Shown: positions 39,820 to 50,139 of the stretch, one piece after another
Layout: each line of letters opens with the position of its first letter
Position numbering within the stretch: position 1 is the first letter of the stretch
Assembly (NCBI RefSeq): GCF_033659955.1
Contig: NZ_JARUJP010000006.1
Location: 138,434 to 202,433, forward strand
Reading direction: 5' to 3'
DNA length: 64,000 bases
From: Clostridium tanneri
Lineage (GTDB): Bacteria; Bacillota; Clostridia; Clostridiales; Clostridiaceae
Notes under the pieces: model-generated
The model's input: the letters and a program-made list of their open reading frames with translations, nothing else
Database searches by the model: none
Told to the model about the DNA's origin: nothing
Translations under genes and position numbers: made by a program

Positions 39820-42069
39820 CTACATTGTTCCATGGAATGTTCTGCTTATAACTTCTCTTTGCTGTTCTTTAGTTAGTCTGTTAAAGTGAACAGCATATCC
39901 TGAAACTCTTATTGTTAAAGTTGGATATTTTTCTGGATGCTCCATAGCATCTTCTAATGTTTCTCTTCTAAGAACATTAACATTTAAATGGAAAGCAGCT
40001 TGTCCGAAATATCCATCCATCATATTTACAAGGTTATTTATTCTACTTTCTTCATCTTTTCCAAGAGCATCTGGTATTATGGAGAATGTGTTTGAAACTC
40101 CATCTTGGCAGTACTCTCTGTAAGGTATTTTAGCTACTGAGTTAAGTGATGCTAAGGCTCCATTCTCATCTCTTCCGTGCATAGGGTTAGCTCCTGGAGC
40201 AAAAGCTTCTCCTGCTTTTCTTCCATCTGGAGTTGATCCAGTTTTCTTACCATATACTACGTTAGATGTTATTGTAAGAACAGAAAGTGAATGTTCTGCA
40301 TCTCTATAAGTTTTATGCTTCTTAAGTTCAGTAGAGAATTTCTTTGTAACCTCTACAGCTAGGTCATCTACTCTATCATCATCATTTCCAAACTTAGGGA
40401 AATCTCCTTCTATGTTAAAGTCAACAGCTATTCCCTCTTCGTTTCTTACAGGTGTAACCTTAGCATACTTTATAGCACTTAGTGAGTCTGCTGCAACAGA
40501 TAATCCTGCTATACCAAATGCCATAAATCTCTTGATATCTGTGTCATGTAAAGCCATTTGTCCTGCTTCATAAGCATATTTATCATGCATATAGTGAATT
40601 GTATTCATTGTATCTACATATAACTCAGCTACGTATTCCATAACTTTGTTGTAGTTTTTCATTACCTTATCAAAATCTAGAACTTCATCAGTTATTCTAT
40701 CTATTCCAGGTACAACTTGGATTAAGCTGCCATCTTTAGCCTTTTTCTTCTCGTCAACTCCACCATTTATAGCATAAAGTAATGCTTTAGCAAGGTTTGT
40801 TCTTGCGCCGAAGAACTGCATTCTCTTACCAACTTCCATAGCAGATACACAGCAAGCTATAGCATAATCATCTCCATATATTGGTCTCATTATATCATCA
40901 TTTTCGTACTGAATAGCATCAGTTTTTATAGACATTTCTGCACAGTACTTCTTGAAGTTAGCTGGTAACTTTTCTGACCATAGTACCGTCATGTTTGGTT
41001 CTGGTGCTGGTGTTAAATTAGTTAAAGTGTGTAGGAATCTAAAAGCTGTTTTAGTAACAAGCGGCTTTCCATTTACTCCTACTCCTCCAATTGATTCTGT
41101 TATCCAGTTAGGATCTCCTGCAAATAGGTCGTTATATTCTGGAGTTCTTAAATGTCTTACCATTCTTAACTTTATAACAAATTGGTCAATTATTTCTTGA
41201 GCTTCTTCTTCTGAAATAATTCCACTTTCAAGGTCTCTCTCGATAAATATATCTAGGAAAGTAGTATTTCTTCCAAGAGACATTGCAGCTCCATTATTTT
41301 CCTTAACTGCAGCTAAATATCCAAAGTATAAGAATTGAACTGCTTCTCTAGCATTTTCAGCTGGGCTTGATATATCAAATCCGTATGACGCAGCCATTTC
41401 CTTTAATTCTACCATAGCACGGATTTGCATATTCACTTCTTCTCTAAGTCTTATAATTTCTTCTGATGAACCTTTTAATTCTTTTAAATCTTTTTTCTTT
41501 TGAGCTATTAAGAAGTCTATTCCATAAAGAGCTATTCTTCTATAGTCGCCTATTATTCTTCCTCTTCCATAAGCGTCTGGAAGTCCTGTAAGTAGTCCTA
41601 CTGTTCTTGCCTTTCTTGTTTCTTCTGTATAAGCATCAAAAACTCCTTCGTTGTGAGTTTTTCTGTACTTTTTAAAATTCTTATTTAACTCTTCATCCAT
41701 CTTAAATCCATAAGCTTCAAGAGATTGTTCTACCATTCTCATTCCACCATATGGGTTCATTATTCTCTTTAAAGGGGCGTCTGTTTGAAAACCAACTATT
41801 ACTTCATTTTCTCTATCAAGGTATCCTGGCTCGAAACTGTTTATACCAGAAAACCTACTAGTTTCAACATCCATAACACCTTTTTTAATTTCTTCTATTA
41901 TAAGCGTTTCTGCCTGCTCCCAAACCTTCTTAGTTTTTTCTGTAGGAGATGCTAAAAAACTTTTGTCTCCTTCATATACTTTATAGTTCTTTTGTATAAA
42001 GTCTCTAACATTTATTTCTTCTGTCCATTTACCTTCATTAAAACCCATCCATTGTTTTATCATCTGCAT
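39820..42069 (-). CDS. pflB: pyruvate formate-lyase (formate C-acetyltransferase)
   Basis: 749 aa, with the C-terminal glycine-radical motif RVSGYAV and active-site CC. Confidence 0.9.
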   Translation of the reverse strand: MQMIKQWMGFNEGKWTEEINVRDFIQKNYKVYEGDKSFLASPTEKTKKVWEQAETLIIEEIKKGVMDVETSRFSGINSFEPGYLDRENEVIVGFQTDAPLKRIMNPYGGMRMVEQSLEAYGFKMDEELNKNFKKYRKTHNEGVFDAYTEETRKARTVGLLTGLPDAYGRGRIIGDYRRIALYGIDFLIAQKKKDLKELKGSSEEIIRLREEVNMQIRAMVELKEMAASYGFDISSPAENAREAVQFLYFGYLAAVKENNGAAMSLGRNTTFLDIFIERDLESGIISEEEAQEIIDQFVIKLRMVRHLRTPEYNDLFAGDPNWITESIGGVGVNGKPLVTKTAFRFLHTLTNLTPAPEPNMTVLWSEKLPANFKKYCAEMSIKTDAIQYENDDIMRPIYGDDYAIACCVSAMEVGKRMQFFGARTNLAKALLYAINGGVDEKKKAKDGSLIQVVPGIDRITDEVLDFDKVMKNYNKVMEYVAELYVDTMNTIHYMHDKYAYEAGQMALHDTDIKRFMAFGIAGLSVAADSLSAIKYAKVTPVRNEEGIAVDFNIEGDFPKFGNDDDRVDDLAVEVTKKFSTELKKHKTYRDAEHSLSVLTITSNVVYGKKTGSTPDGRKAGEAFAPGANPMHGRDENGALASLNSVAKIPYREYCQDGVSNTFSIIPDALGKDEESRINNLVNMMDGYFGQAAFHLNVNVLRRETLEDAMEHPEKYPTLTIRVSGYAVHFNRLTKEQQREVISRTFHGTM

Positions 42070-42430
42070 TCACTCCTTAATTCTATAAATGAATTATCCC
42101 TATTTTAATTCCTTCATTTATACTTTAATCAATTACGACTTTTTCTTATCTTATGAGTCTATTATATACTATTTTGAAATCTGTATCAATAGTTTTTTTG
42201 TTTATTTTTAAGATTTTATAATGCAATTCACCACAGTTCGATAAGCTGTATTACTTTTTTATAATCTTCTGTATTAGTCTGAATTTTTCTATTCTATCTC
42301 TTTAAATTTGTCCTCATTATATGACATTAATTCTTTTATTATATTTAATTTTACATATTTCATTACAAACTATTAAAAAATAATACTTATTTCAAAAAAT
42401 AAATTATCCACGTAATATTCTTTTAGCAAA

Positions 42431-42475
42431 ATAAGAACCCATTTCCTAACGTCTTTTAAGAAATGGGTTCTTATT
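42431..42475 (-). terminator. terminator after the class-V aminotransferase gene
   Basis: ATAAGAACCCATTTC ... GAAATGGGTTCTTAT, a 15-bp stem. Confidence 0.6.
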
Positions 42476-42481
42476 AGTGTT

Positions 42482-43732
42482 TTACTGCAGTTGACTAACT
42501 AATGTTCTTACTGCATTAATAAATAAATCTACTTCCTCTTCACTGTTATAAGGCGCAATTCCTACCCTAATCCAACCTTCTGTTTTATTTACATTAAGCT
42601 TTTCGGCTAAGGTAGTTGCATAAAAATGCCCATCTCCAGCAAATATAGAATATTCTTCTGACATTATTCTGCATACTTCCTTTGAAGACATCCCGTCTAT
42701 TGTAAAGGCAATAGTGGGAGTTTTTCCAGCCCACTCAGGGGCCTGGTATAAAGTTACTCTTTCTAATTTACTTAATCTTTTTCTAATCTTACTAGCTAAT
42801 CTATTCTCGTAATCTTCTATTTTTTTAAAGCCTGATATTATTTTTTCTCTCCGTGTTTCTCCTGTGCCAAGAGATGCTATAAATTCAATAGCTGGCTTTA
42901 TGCCGGCTATTCCTTCATGACTTTGAGTACCAGTTTCTAATTTATCAGGAATATAAGATGGAGCTGGTTCTAACTTATAGGAGTTTAAGCTTTTGAATAG
43001 ATTTTCTTTAATTACTGCTATACCTATATGTGGTCCAAAGAATTTATAAGCTGAACATAGTAAAATATCTGCTCCTAACTCATCACGATTAATTGAAAAA
43101 TGGGGTGCGGCATGAACAGCATCCACTACTACAATAGCGTTAACTGCTCTTGCACGAGATGATACTATTTGAACTTCATTTATTGTGCCTACAGCATTGG
43201 AAGCAAGTCCTATGGCTATAAGACGAGTTTTATCCGTTATAATAGAACCAAGAGTAGTAAAATCTAAAGTAAGAGTATCCTTATTTACTTTTAACCAATT
43301 TACTATCATTCCTTTTTCCTTTGCAATAGCTAACCAAGGATCTACGTTTGCTCTATGATCTGACTCACAAAGAACTATCTCATCTCCTTTTCGCCAATTG
43401 CGCCCAAGAGCCCTAGAAATTGAGAACTCTAAACTTGTAGCATTTGCTCCAAAGGCCACTTCCTTCGACTTTGCTCCAAACATATCTGCAATTGCTTCCT
43501 TTGCTTCTCTTATTAATTCTTCTGTTTCTCTACTAGTTGGGAACTGACCATGAAGATTTGCACTACCACTAGACATATAGTTTGATATTGCTTGAATTGA
43601 AGTGTCAACTACCTGTGAACCTCCAGGTCCGTCTAAATAAACAGCCAGTTTACCATTATAGATTCTTCTTAAAGCCGGAAACTGTTTGCGTATTTCGCTT
43701 ACAGGAAAAGTATAGGAATGACTTACAAGCAT
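42482..43732 (-). CDS. class-V aminotransferase / cysteine desulfurase-family PLP enzyme
   Basis: PLP-fold class V with the Lys region SAYKFFGPHIG. Confidence 0.75.
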   Translation of the reverse strand: MLVSHSYTFPVSEIRKQFPALRRIYNGKLAVYLDGPGGSQVVDTSIQAISNYMSSGSANLHGQFPTSRETEELIREAKEAIADMFGAKSKEVAFGANATSLEFSISRALGRNWRKGDEIVLCESDHRANVDPWLAIAKEKGMIVNWLKVNKDTLTLDFTTLGSIITDKTRLIAIGLASNAVGTINEVQIVSSRARAVNAIVVVDAVHAAPHFSINRDELGADILLCSAYKFFGPHIGIAVIKENLFKSLNSYKLEPAPSYIPDKLETGTQSHEGIAGIKPAIEFIASLGTGETRREKIISGFKKIEDYENRLASKIRKRLSKLERVTLYQAPEWAGKTPTIAFTIDGMSSKEVCRIMSEEYSIFAGDGHFYATTLAEKLNVNKTEGWIRVGIAPYNSEEEVDLFINAVRTLVSQLQ

Positions 43733-43844
43733 TGTTTCGTATGCCTCCTTTGAATAGCTTTGATTGAGAGCATCTTAATTAGTACTTTGAGTACTATATC
43801 ATTATGATTTTTTTTCAATGAACATTCCAACTTTCTAAAACTTT

Positions 43845-45125
43845 TTAAAAATTGGATTTCACCTTATTTACAGCTTTATAAGCATTGACTAAGCCATGAC
43901 CAGACTGTAAATCTTCCCCTGTTGTTAATATATCTGTTGTAGTACTATTTAAAACCTCAGCAATTTCATCCGGTGTCAAATTAGGGTTTTGTGCTTTAAC
44001 TAATGCAGAGATTCCAGATACTATAGGTGCAGCCATACTGGTACCATCCCAAACTGCATACCCATTAGGTACAGTACTTATTATTTTAACTCCCGGTGCA
44101 GCAGCATCAATTGACGTTCCATAATTAGAAAAACTAGCTTTTTTATACTGTTGACTTATAGCAGATACTGTATAAACATCTTTATCATCTCCAGCAGGAG
44201 TGTATAAATCAGCATCTGAATTGTCATTACCTGCAGCAACTACAATAAATACTCCTTTTTCTTTGGCATATGCTATAGCACTTTCAATAACCCTGCTTTC
44301 ACCTTCAGTACCAAAGCTTAGGTTTATAATATCTGCACCGTTATCTGCAGCATATTTAATTCCTTTAGCAACCACATCTGCCTCTCCTTCTCCCTGTGCA
44401 TCTAGGACCTTTATAGGTATAATCTTTACATCCAATGCTCCTACTATCCCTGTTATACCTTCATTATTATTGGCCTCTGCTGCAATAATTCCAGATACAT
44501 GAGTTCCATGTCCATTATCATCCATTACATTTTTGTTATTATCAATAAAATTATACCCCAAATCCGTAAGAACTCTATTCTTTAAATCATTATGAGTATA
44601 ATCAACTCCTGTGTCTACTACTGCAACTTTAATTTGTCGCTGTTGGTTAATTAAAGCCCATGACTTATTTGCCTCTGTTAAAGTCACAGCCCATTCATAC
44701 TTATATCCCGGATCATTTACAGCGGAATCAGTGTTTAAAGCTATATCGGTAATGCCAGAATTTTTATTTACAGGAGTCCTTTTTATCGGCTCAACTATTC
44801 CTACTGGATTTTGTCCTTGTACTCTCCTAATTTCCCTACCTCTTAACTGTCTTTTCATATCTTGTTTATTATTATATCGCCCTGATGCATCTATATAATT
44901 TTTACCACTAGGCAAATCTTTTTTTATATTTCCTGTATTAACACCACTATGATAGAAAGCCTGTACAGTTTTATTTATGTTTGTATTATTTATACCATTA
45001 CTATTTAGTGCTTCAGGTTCCCAAGTTAGAAAATTGCCTCCAACTATTAAAACCGCCAGTGATACTAACGCTAAAACCTTCCTAGATACCATAAATATTC
45101 TCCCTTCAATAAATGATAACTCCAA
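43845..45125 (-). CDS. secreted subtilisin-like S8 serine peptidase
   Basis: Signal peptide, then Asp (DTGVD), His (HGTHVSG) and Ser (GTSMAAP) catalytic motifs. Confidence 0.85.
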   Translation of the reverse strand: MELSFIEGRIFMVSRKVLALVSLAVLIVGGNFLTWEPEALNSNGINNTNINKTVQAFYHSGVNTGNIKKDLPSGKNYIDASGRYNNKQDMKRQLRGREIRRVQGQNPVGIVEPIKRTPVNKNSGITDIALNTDSAVNDPGYKYEWAVTLTEANKSWALINQQRQIKVAVVDTGVDYTHNDLKNRVLTDLGYNFIDNNKNVMDDNGHGTHVSGIIAAEANNNEGITGIVGALDVKIIPIKVLDAQGEGEADVVAKGIKYAADNGADIINLSFGTEGESRVIESAIAYAKEKGVFIVVAAGNDNSDADLYTPAGDDKDVYTVSAISQQYKKASFSNYGTSIDAAAPGVKIISTVPNGYAVWDGTSMAAPIVSGISALVKAQNPNLTPDEIAEVLNSTTTDILTTGEDLQSGHGLVNAYKAVNKVKSNF

Positions 45126-45276
45126 ATTATAGTGATAAGTATTTAAATTTTCCTCAGCTAAACTTATTTTCTAATTATATCACCCCATTGTGTATGTTCT
45201 GTTACAAAAATGCTCTTTTACAAAAATTTAATGTGATATTTTCCAACTGATAAATTTAAAGCTTATTACAGAAAAA

Positions 45277-45310
45277 AGTCTCTACGGAATTTTGCGCTTC
45301 CATAGAGACT
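45277..45310 (-). terminator. cadA terminator
   Basis: AGTCTCTACGG ... CCATAGAGACT with a flanking A/T run. Confidence 0.55.
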
Positions 45311-45390
45311 TCTTTGACTCTGTTTTATTTAATCTATTTTTCTCTTTAATTTTCTGTATTTATTAATGATTTAATTTACACTTGTAATTT

Positions 45391-47829
45391 TTAGGCCCTA
45401 TCTATCTTCATTGCTCTCATTGCATTTAGCACTGCTATCAATGCCACTCCTACATCTCCGAATACGGCTTCCCACATAGTAGCCACACCTAAAGCTCCTA
45501 AAACTAGTATTATAGCCTTAACTCCCAATGCAAATATTATATTCTGCCATACTATGCTTTTTGTCCTCTTAGCTATTTTAATTGCAGTAGCTATTTTAGA
45601 AGGCTCATCTGTCATAATTACTACATCTGCCGCTTCTATAGCCGCATCAGAACCTATTCCTCCCATAGCTATTCCTATATCCGCCCTTGCAAGTACAGGA
45701 GCGTCATTAATTCCATCTCCTACAAATATCAGCTTACTCTTAGAGGATTTTTCTCTATCTAGTTTTTCTAATTTCTCAACCTTTTGATTTGGTAAAAGTT
45801 CTGAATACACTTCGTCAAGACCTAAGCCGCTAGCTATCTTCTCTGCGGCAATCTTATTGTCGCCAGTAAGCATTACAGTCTTCTTAACTCCAACAGCTCT
45901 TAAAGCTTCTATTGCCCTTGCTGAATCTTCCTTTAATTCATCAGAGATAAGTATATAACCTGCATATTGTCTATCCACAGCCAGATAAACTACTGTTCCT
46001 ACTACTTCTGTAGTATCATATGAAATTCCTTGACTCTTCATTAACCTTGAATTTCCTGCTAATATTTCTTTTCCTTTTAATCTTACTTTCACTCCTTGGC
46101 CTGAAATTTCATTATAACCTTGAACTTCCTCTTTTTTCACTCTTTTACCATAAGCGTTTAATATAGATGTTGCAATAGGGTGACTTGAGTAACTTTCTGC
46201 ATATGCCGCATATTCTAGTAACTCTTCTCTTGTAACATTTCTCTTAGGCTTTATTTCTGTAACTTTAAATACTCCCTTTGTTAAAGTACCAGTTTTGTCG
46301 AATATTACTGTCTCTACATTATTAAGAGCTTCCAAGTAGTTTCCACCTTTTACAAGAATACCATTTTTAGATGCTCCACCTATTCCTCCAAAGAACCCAA
46401 GAGGAATCGAAACAACTAAAGCACAAGGGCAGGAAACCACTAGAAAAACTAATGCTCTATACAACCATTCTGAAAAGGTTGCTCCAGTTATAAATAATGG
46501 TGGTAAGAAAGCTAAAGCTGCTGCAAGTATTACAACTGCTGGTGTATAATATCTTGCGAATTTAGTTATGAAACTCTCCGTTGGTGCTTTTTTACTACTT
46601 GCGTTTTGTACTAAGTCTAGTATTTTAGCTACTGTTGACTCCCCAAACTCTTTAGTTATTTTAATAGTTAAAAGTCCATTCTTATTTATAAAACCGCCTA
46701 GCACATTATCTCCAGATTGAACTTCTCTAGGAAGAGACTCACCGGTTAAGGCTGATGTATCAAGCATAGAACTTCCTTCAACTACCTTACCATCCAAGGG
46801 AATCTTCTCACCAGGCTTTACCAAAATAAAATCTCCCACCTTAACTTCTTCTGGTGCTACCCTTTTTATACTCTGTCCAACTTTCACATTTGCAAAGTCT
46901 GGTCTAATATTCATCAGTTCAGATATAGATTTTCTAGATCGATCCACTGCTAAGTCCTGAAAAAACTCGCCTATTTGATAAAACATCATAACCGCTACAG
47001 CTTCTGGAAATTGTTTAATTGCAAAGGCTCCTATGGTCGCTATACACATTAAGAAATTCTCATCAAAAATTTGCCCTCTACCTATATTTTTGATTGCTTT
47101 TATTAATACCTCTCCTCCTATTAATAAATAACTTACCAGGTATAGGGTAAACTCTATCCAAAAGGAAAAGTTTAAAACTGTAGCTATTCCGAAGGCAGCA
47201 GCGCCTAATGCAAATTTTACAAAATCGTCTTTGTCCACACCTCCATGTTCATGAGTATGCTGATGACTTTCTAAGCTTTTAGTTTTACCCTGCTCCCCTA
47301 TAATCACTTTTACATCTGGCTCTATTCTATTTACAATCTTTGTTACTTCATGAAAAATTTCATCTCTTCTATTAGTATCTATTATATCTATAATTAACTT
47401 TTTAGATACAAAGTCTACTGTGGCTGCTTGTACACCAAGTATCTTTTCCGTTTCTCTTTCAATTTTAGCTGCACAGTTTGCACAACACAATCCTTCTAAT
47501 ATTAATACTGTCTTAACGCTCTTGTCTGTTACTTTTTCTCTAACCACTACATCCGGTTCTATTTTATTTATGATACTTTTTGCTGCTGCTATAAATTCGT
47601 CCATCTTGTTTATTTCTTCTAATTCTACCGCTAAAGTTTTTGTAATAAAGTTCATAGAGGCACTGGCTACTCCATTTAACTGTCCAACCTTCTGCTCAAT
47701 TTTAGCTGCACAGTTTGCACAGCATAACCCCTCTAATATTAATTCTTTTTTGAGCTTTCCCGGTTTCTTTTTAACTACTGTTATAAGATTTCCACCAGTC
47801 ACTCCCTTTTCTTTAACATTAGTATCCAT
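45391..47829 (-). CDS. cadA: Cd2+/Zn2+-type P1B heavy-metal-translocating ATPase with two N-terminal HMA domains
   Basis: Two GLCCANCAAKIE metal-binding domains (CadA-type CANC motif), a His-rich stretch, a CPC motif in TM6 (SCPCALV), DKTGT and GDGIND. Confidence 0.85.
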   Translation of the reverse strand: MDTNVKEKGVTGGNLITVVKKKPGKLKKELILEGLCCANCAAKIEQKVGQLNGVASASMNFITKTLAVELEEINKMDEFIAAAKSIINKIEPDVVVREKVTDKSVKTVLILEGLCCANCAAKIERETEKILGVQAATVDFVSKKLIIDIIDTNRRDEIFHEVTKIVNRIEPDVKVIIGEQGKTKSLESHQHTHEHGGVDKDDFVKFALGAAAFGIATVLNFSFWIEFTLYLVSYLLIGGEVLIKAIKNIGRGQIFDENFLMCIATIGAFAIKQFPEAVAVMMFYQIGEFFQDLAVDRSRKSISELMNIRPDFANVKVGQSIKRVAPEEVKVGDFILVKPGEKIPLDGKVVEGSSMLDTSALTGESLPREVQSGDNVLGGFINKNGLLTIKITKEFGESTVAKILDLVQNASSKKAPTESFITKFARYYTPAVVILAAALAFLPPLFITGATFSEWLYRALVFLVVSCPCALVVSIPLGFFGGIGGASKNGILVKGGNYLEALNNVETVIFDKTGTLTKGVFKVTEIKPKRNVTREELLEYAAYAESYSSHPIATSILNAYGKRVKKEEVQGYNEISGQGVKVRLKGKEILAGNSRLMKSQGISYDTTEVVGTVVYLAVDRQYAGYILISDELKEDSARAIEALRAVGVKKTVMLTGDNKIAAEKIASGLGLDEVYSELLPNQKVEKLEKLDREKSSKSKLIFVGDGINDAPVLARADIGIAMGGIGSDAAIEAADVVIMTDEPSKIATAIKIAKRTKSIVWQNIIFALGVKAIILVLGALGVATMWEAVFGDVGVALIAVLNAMRAMKIDRA
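47465..47741. repeat. intragenic tandem duplication (period 231 bp) encoding the two HMA domains of cadA
   Basis: ATTTTAGCTGCACAGTTTGCACAaCAcAAtCCtTCTAATATTAAT and ATTTTAGCTGCACAGTTTGCACAgCAtAAcCCcTCTAATATTAAT are repeated 231 bp apart. Confidence 0.6.
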
Positions 47830-47953
47830 ATTATTTCCCCCTTAAAATATTAAATTTAATAGTCTGAGGTTACTTTTAAATTTCAATGAATATTACACTT
47901 GATCCTAATTCATTATTTTTAGATTAACATATATTGGATAAAATGCAAATTTA

Positions 47954-48361
47954 TTATTTTTCGCTTATATGAACTAATCCTTGATCAAATATTTGCTTAA
48001 CATGTTCATCATCTAAAGAGTAATAAACAATCTTACCTTCTCTTCTATACTTTACAAGTCTTGATTGCTTTAGAATTCTAAGTTGGTGAGATATAGCAGA
48101 TTGAGTCATATTGAATAATGCCGCAATATCACATACACACATTTCCGCATTAAGTAAAGCATATAAAATTTTAACTCTAGTAGGTTCACCTAAAACTTTA
48201 AACAACTCTGATAAACTGTAGAGAGTTTCTTCCTTAGGTATATTACTTCTTACCTCTTGCACTATATCTTCATGTATTACATTACAATTGCAAACATCTA
48301 TATTATTTTCAAAAATAATCACCTTTATCACCTTTTTCTTTATATTTGAACATATATTCAT
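47954..48361 (-). CDS. cadC: ArsR/SmtB-family metalloregulator (CadC-like)
   Basis: Winged-HTH ArsR fold with the CVC metal site (AEMCVCDIAALF). Confidence 0.85.
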   Translation of the reverse strand: MNICSNIKKKVIKVIIFENNIDVCNCNVIHEDIVQEVRSNIPKEETLYSLSELFKVLGEPTRVKILYALLNAEMCVCDIAALFNMTQSAISHQLRILKQSRLVKYRREGKIVYYSLDDEHVKQIFDQGLVHISEK

Positions 48362-48366
48362 ATGTT
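48349..48366. promoter_or_regulatory. 7-4-7 inverted repeat overlapping the cadC start codon (candidate CadC operator)
   Basis: AACATAT attc ATATGTT. A TTGACA-18-TATACT promoter lies just upstream on the minus strand. Confidence 0.4.
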
Positions 48367-48680
48367 TAAGTATAGTATACCATTTATGTTGTATCTGTCA
48401 ACTAGATTTACCATATTTGCTTAATAATATTATATTAAGATATAGGGTTTTTGTGACTCCTTATAAAGATATTTTATATTAATAAATATTGACATCTGCA
48501 TTATTTAAAGATATAATTTTTACTACAAAACAAAAAGAATACTTATCGGTTGGGCAAATTTAAAAATTTGCTTTCAAGCAGTTCGGTTTCTAGGGAGGGA
48601 AACTCTTTTATGAGTTTTCCTTCTTTTTATTTTTTGCATTTATGCTACTAAACAAAAAAGGTTAACAATTTAAAGTTATA

Positions 48681-48702
48681 CAGATAATAATATTATTATC
48701 TG
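48681..48702. promoter_or_regulatory. 22-bp perfect palindrome upstream of nhaA (operator candidate)
   Basis: CAGATAATAAT|ATTATTATCTG, 44-65 nt upstream of the nhaA ATG. Confidence 0.35.
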
Positions 48703-48745
48703 TGATTAGACTATTAGTTAGATAACATAAAGGAGTGATTAAATT

Positions 48746-49942
48746 ATGGTAAAACTTGCACGTAAAATTCTTGCCCCTTTTAGAGAATTTTTCAAACATG
48801 AATCTACTAGCGGCATTGTACTTATGATTTGCGCTATTATAGCAATAATTGCTGCAAACTCTCCCATAGCATCTACTTATAACAATATACTGCATAGCTA
48901 TGTAACCATTGGATATGGTAAGTACTCCTTATCAATGTCAGTTCTTCATTGGATAAATGATGGGCTAATGGCTGTGTTTTTCTTTGTCATTGGCATGGAA
49001 ATTAAAAGAGAAGTGCTAGTTGGTGAACTTAAGGATATTAAAAAAACCATACTTCCTGTAGCTGCTGCCTTTAGTGGAATGATTATCCCTGCATTAATTT
49101 ATATAGTGTTTAACTATAACCAAGAAACTATTGCTGGTTGGGGTACACCTATGGCCACTGATATAGCCTTTGCCTTAGGCATACTTTCGTTAGTAGGAAG
49201 GAAAAAAGCACCTAAAGGCCTTGCTGTTTTTTTAACTGCCTTAGCTATAGTAGATGACCTTGGTGCTATTTTGGTAATTGCTATATTCTATACTAACCAA
49301 ATTTCTTGGATAGCCCTTATAATTGCTCTGGCAATACTAATAATTCTTATACTGGCAAATAAATTCAAAGTCAACTCCGTCCCTGTATTTCTAACTTTAG
49401 GCCTTATTATGTGGGTTAGCTTTTTAAAGTCCGGTATACATGCAACTTTCGCTGGAGTTTTACTTGGAATGACAATACCATCTGGAAGAGATATTCGTAC
49501 ATTCAAAAAATCAATGTTGTATAAACTAGAACATCTTTTAGAGCCTTGGTCTGCACTTTTAATAATGCCTATATTTGCATTAGCTAACTCAGGGGTAACC
49601 ATTCAAATCAACAGCTTTACTGAACAGTTTTTAAACCCTGTCAGTCTTGGGATTTTCCTAGGTCTTTTCTTAGGAAAACAATTAGGTATTTTTATAACCT
49701 CTTATTTATTAGTTAAATTTCAAATCTCTAAGCTACCTTCAAAAGTAACCTTTAAGCATCTCTACGGTGCCAGCTTACTTAGCGGTATTGGGTTCACAAT
49801 GTCATTATTTATTGCATCACTATCCTTTACTGAGGGGCCTTTATTGTCTACTGCTAAGATTAGTATAATATCTGCATCCGTTGTATCGGCACTAGCAGGA
49901 TTTTTAGTTTTAAAATCCATTAAGACTGAGGCTAAAACTTAA
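48746..49942 (+). CDS. nhaA: Na+/H+ antiporter NhaA
   Basis: 398 aa with the NhaA family signature (GLALGIP-like, DD in TM5: IVDDLGAI). Confidence 0.9.
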   Translation: MVKLARKILAPFREFFKHESTSGIVLMICAIIAIIAANSPIASTYNNILHSYVTIGYGKYSLSMSVLHWINDGLMAVFFFVIGMEIKREVLVGELKDIKKTILPVAAAFSGMIIPALIYIVFNYNQETIAGWGTPMATDIAFALGILSLVGRKKAPKGLAVFLTALAIVDDLGAILVIAIFYTNQISWIALIIALAILIILILANKFKVNSVPVFLTLGLIMWVSFLKSGIHATFAGVLLGMTIPSGRDIRTFKKSMLYKLEHLLEPWSALLIMPIFALANSGVTIQINSFTEQFLNPVSLGIFLGLFLGKQLGIFITSYLLVKFQISKLPSKVTFKHLYGASLLSGIGFTMSLFIASLSFTEGPLLSTAKISIISASVVSALAGFLVLKSIKTEAKT

Positions 49943-49967
49943 AGCTAGGCCATTGTCCTAAATACTA

Positions 49968-50051
49968 AAAGTTTGGGTGCACTGAACACCGGTGTGACCG
50001 ATAGAGGTATACTGCTACCTACACACCTGTTTTTAGTGCACCCAAAAGTTT
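49968..50051 (+). terminator. compound (nested) hairpin terminator after nhaA
   Basis: Outer arms AAAAGTTTGGGTGCACT / AGTGCACCCAAAAGTTTT. Inner GGTGTG...CACACC followed by TGTTTTT. Confidence 0.5.
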
Positions 50052-50139
50052 TATAACGCTAGGGCTTATCGCCCTATAATATAAGGATATTTTTATTTAG
50101 ATAAAAAGGAAAGTTATGGTAAGAATTAAAACTTAGTAA

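Noticed and set aside
44200-47845. Plus-strand ORFs inside the S8 protease and cadA genes (44200-44502, 44611-44898, 45554-45787, 47420-47845)
   Set aside because: Antisense to strongly supported genes. The 47420-47845 translation merely reflects the HMA tandem repeat on the opposite strand.
48662-48895. 77-aa minus-strand ORF overlapping the nhaA promoter and start
   Set aside because: Cys/Asn/Tyr-rich low-complexity with no SD, and it overlaps the well-supported nhaA start.
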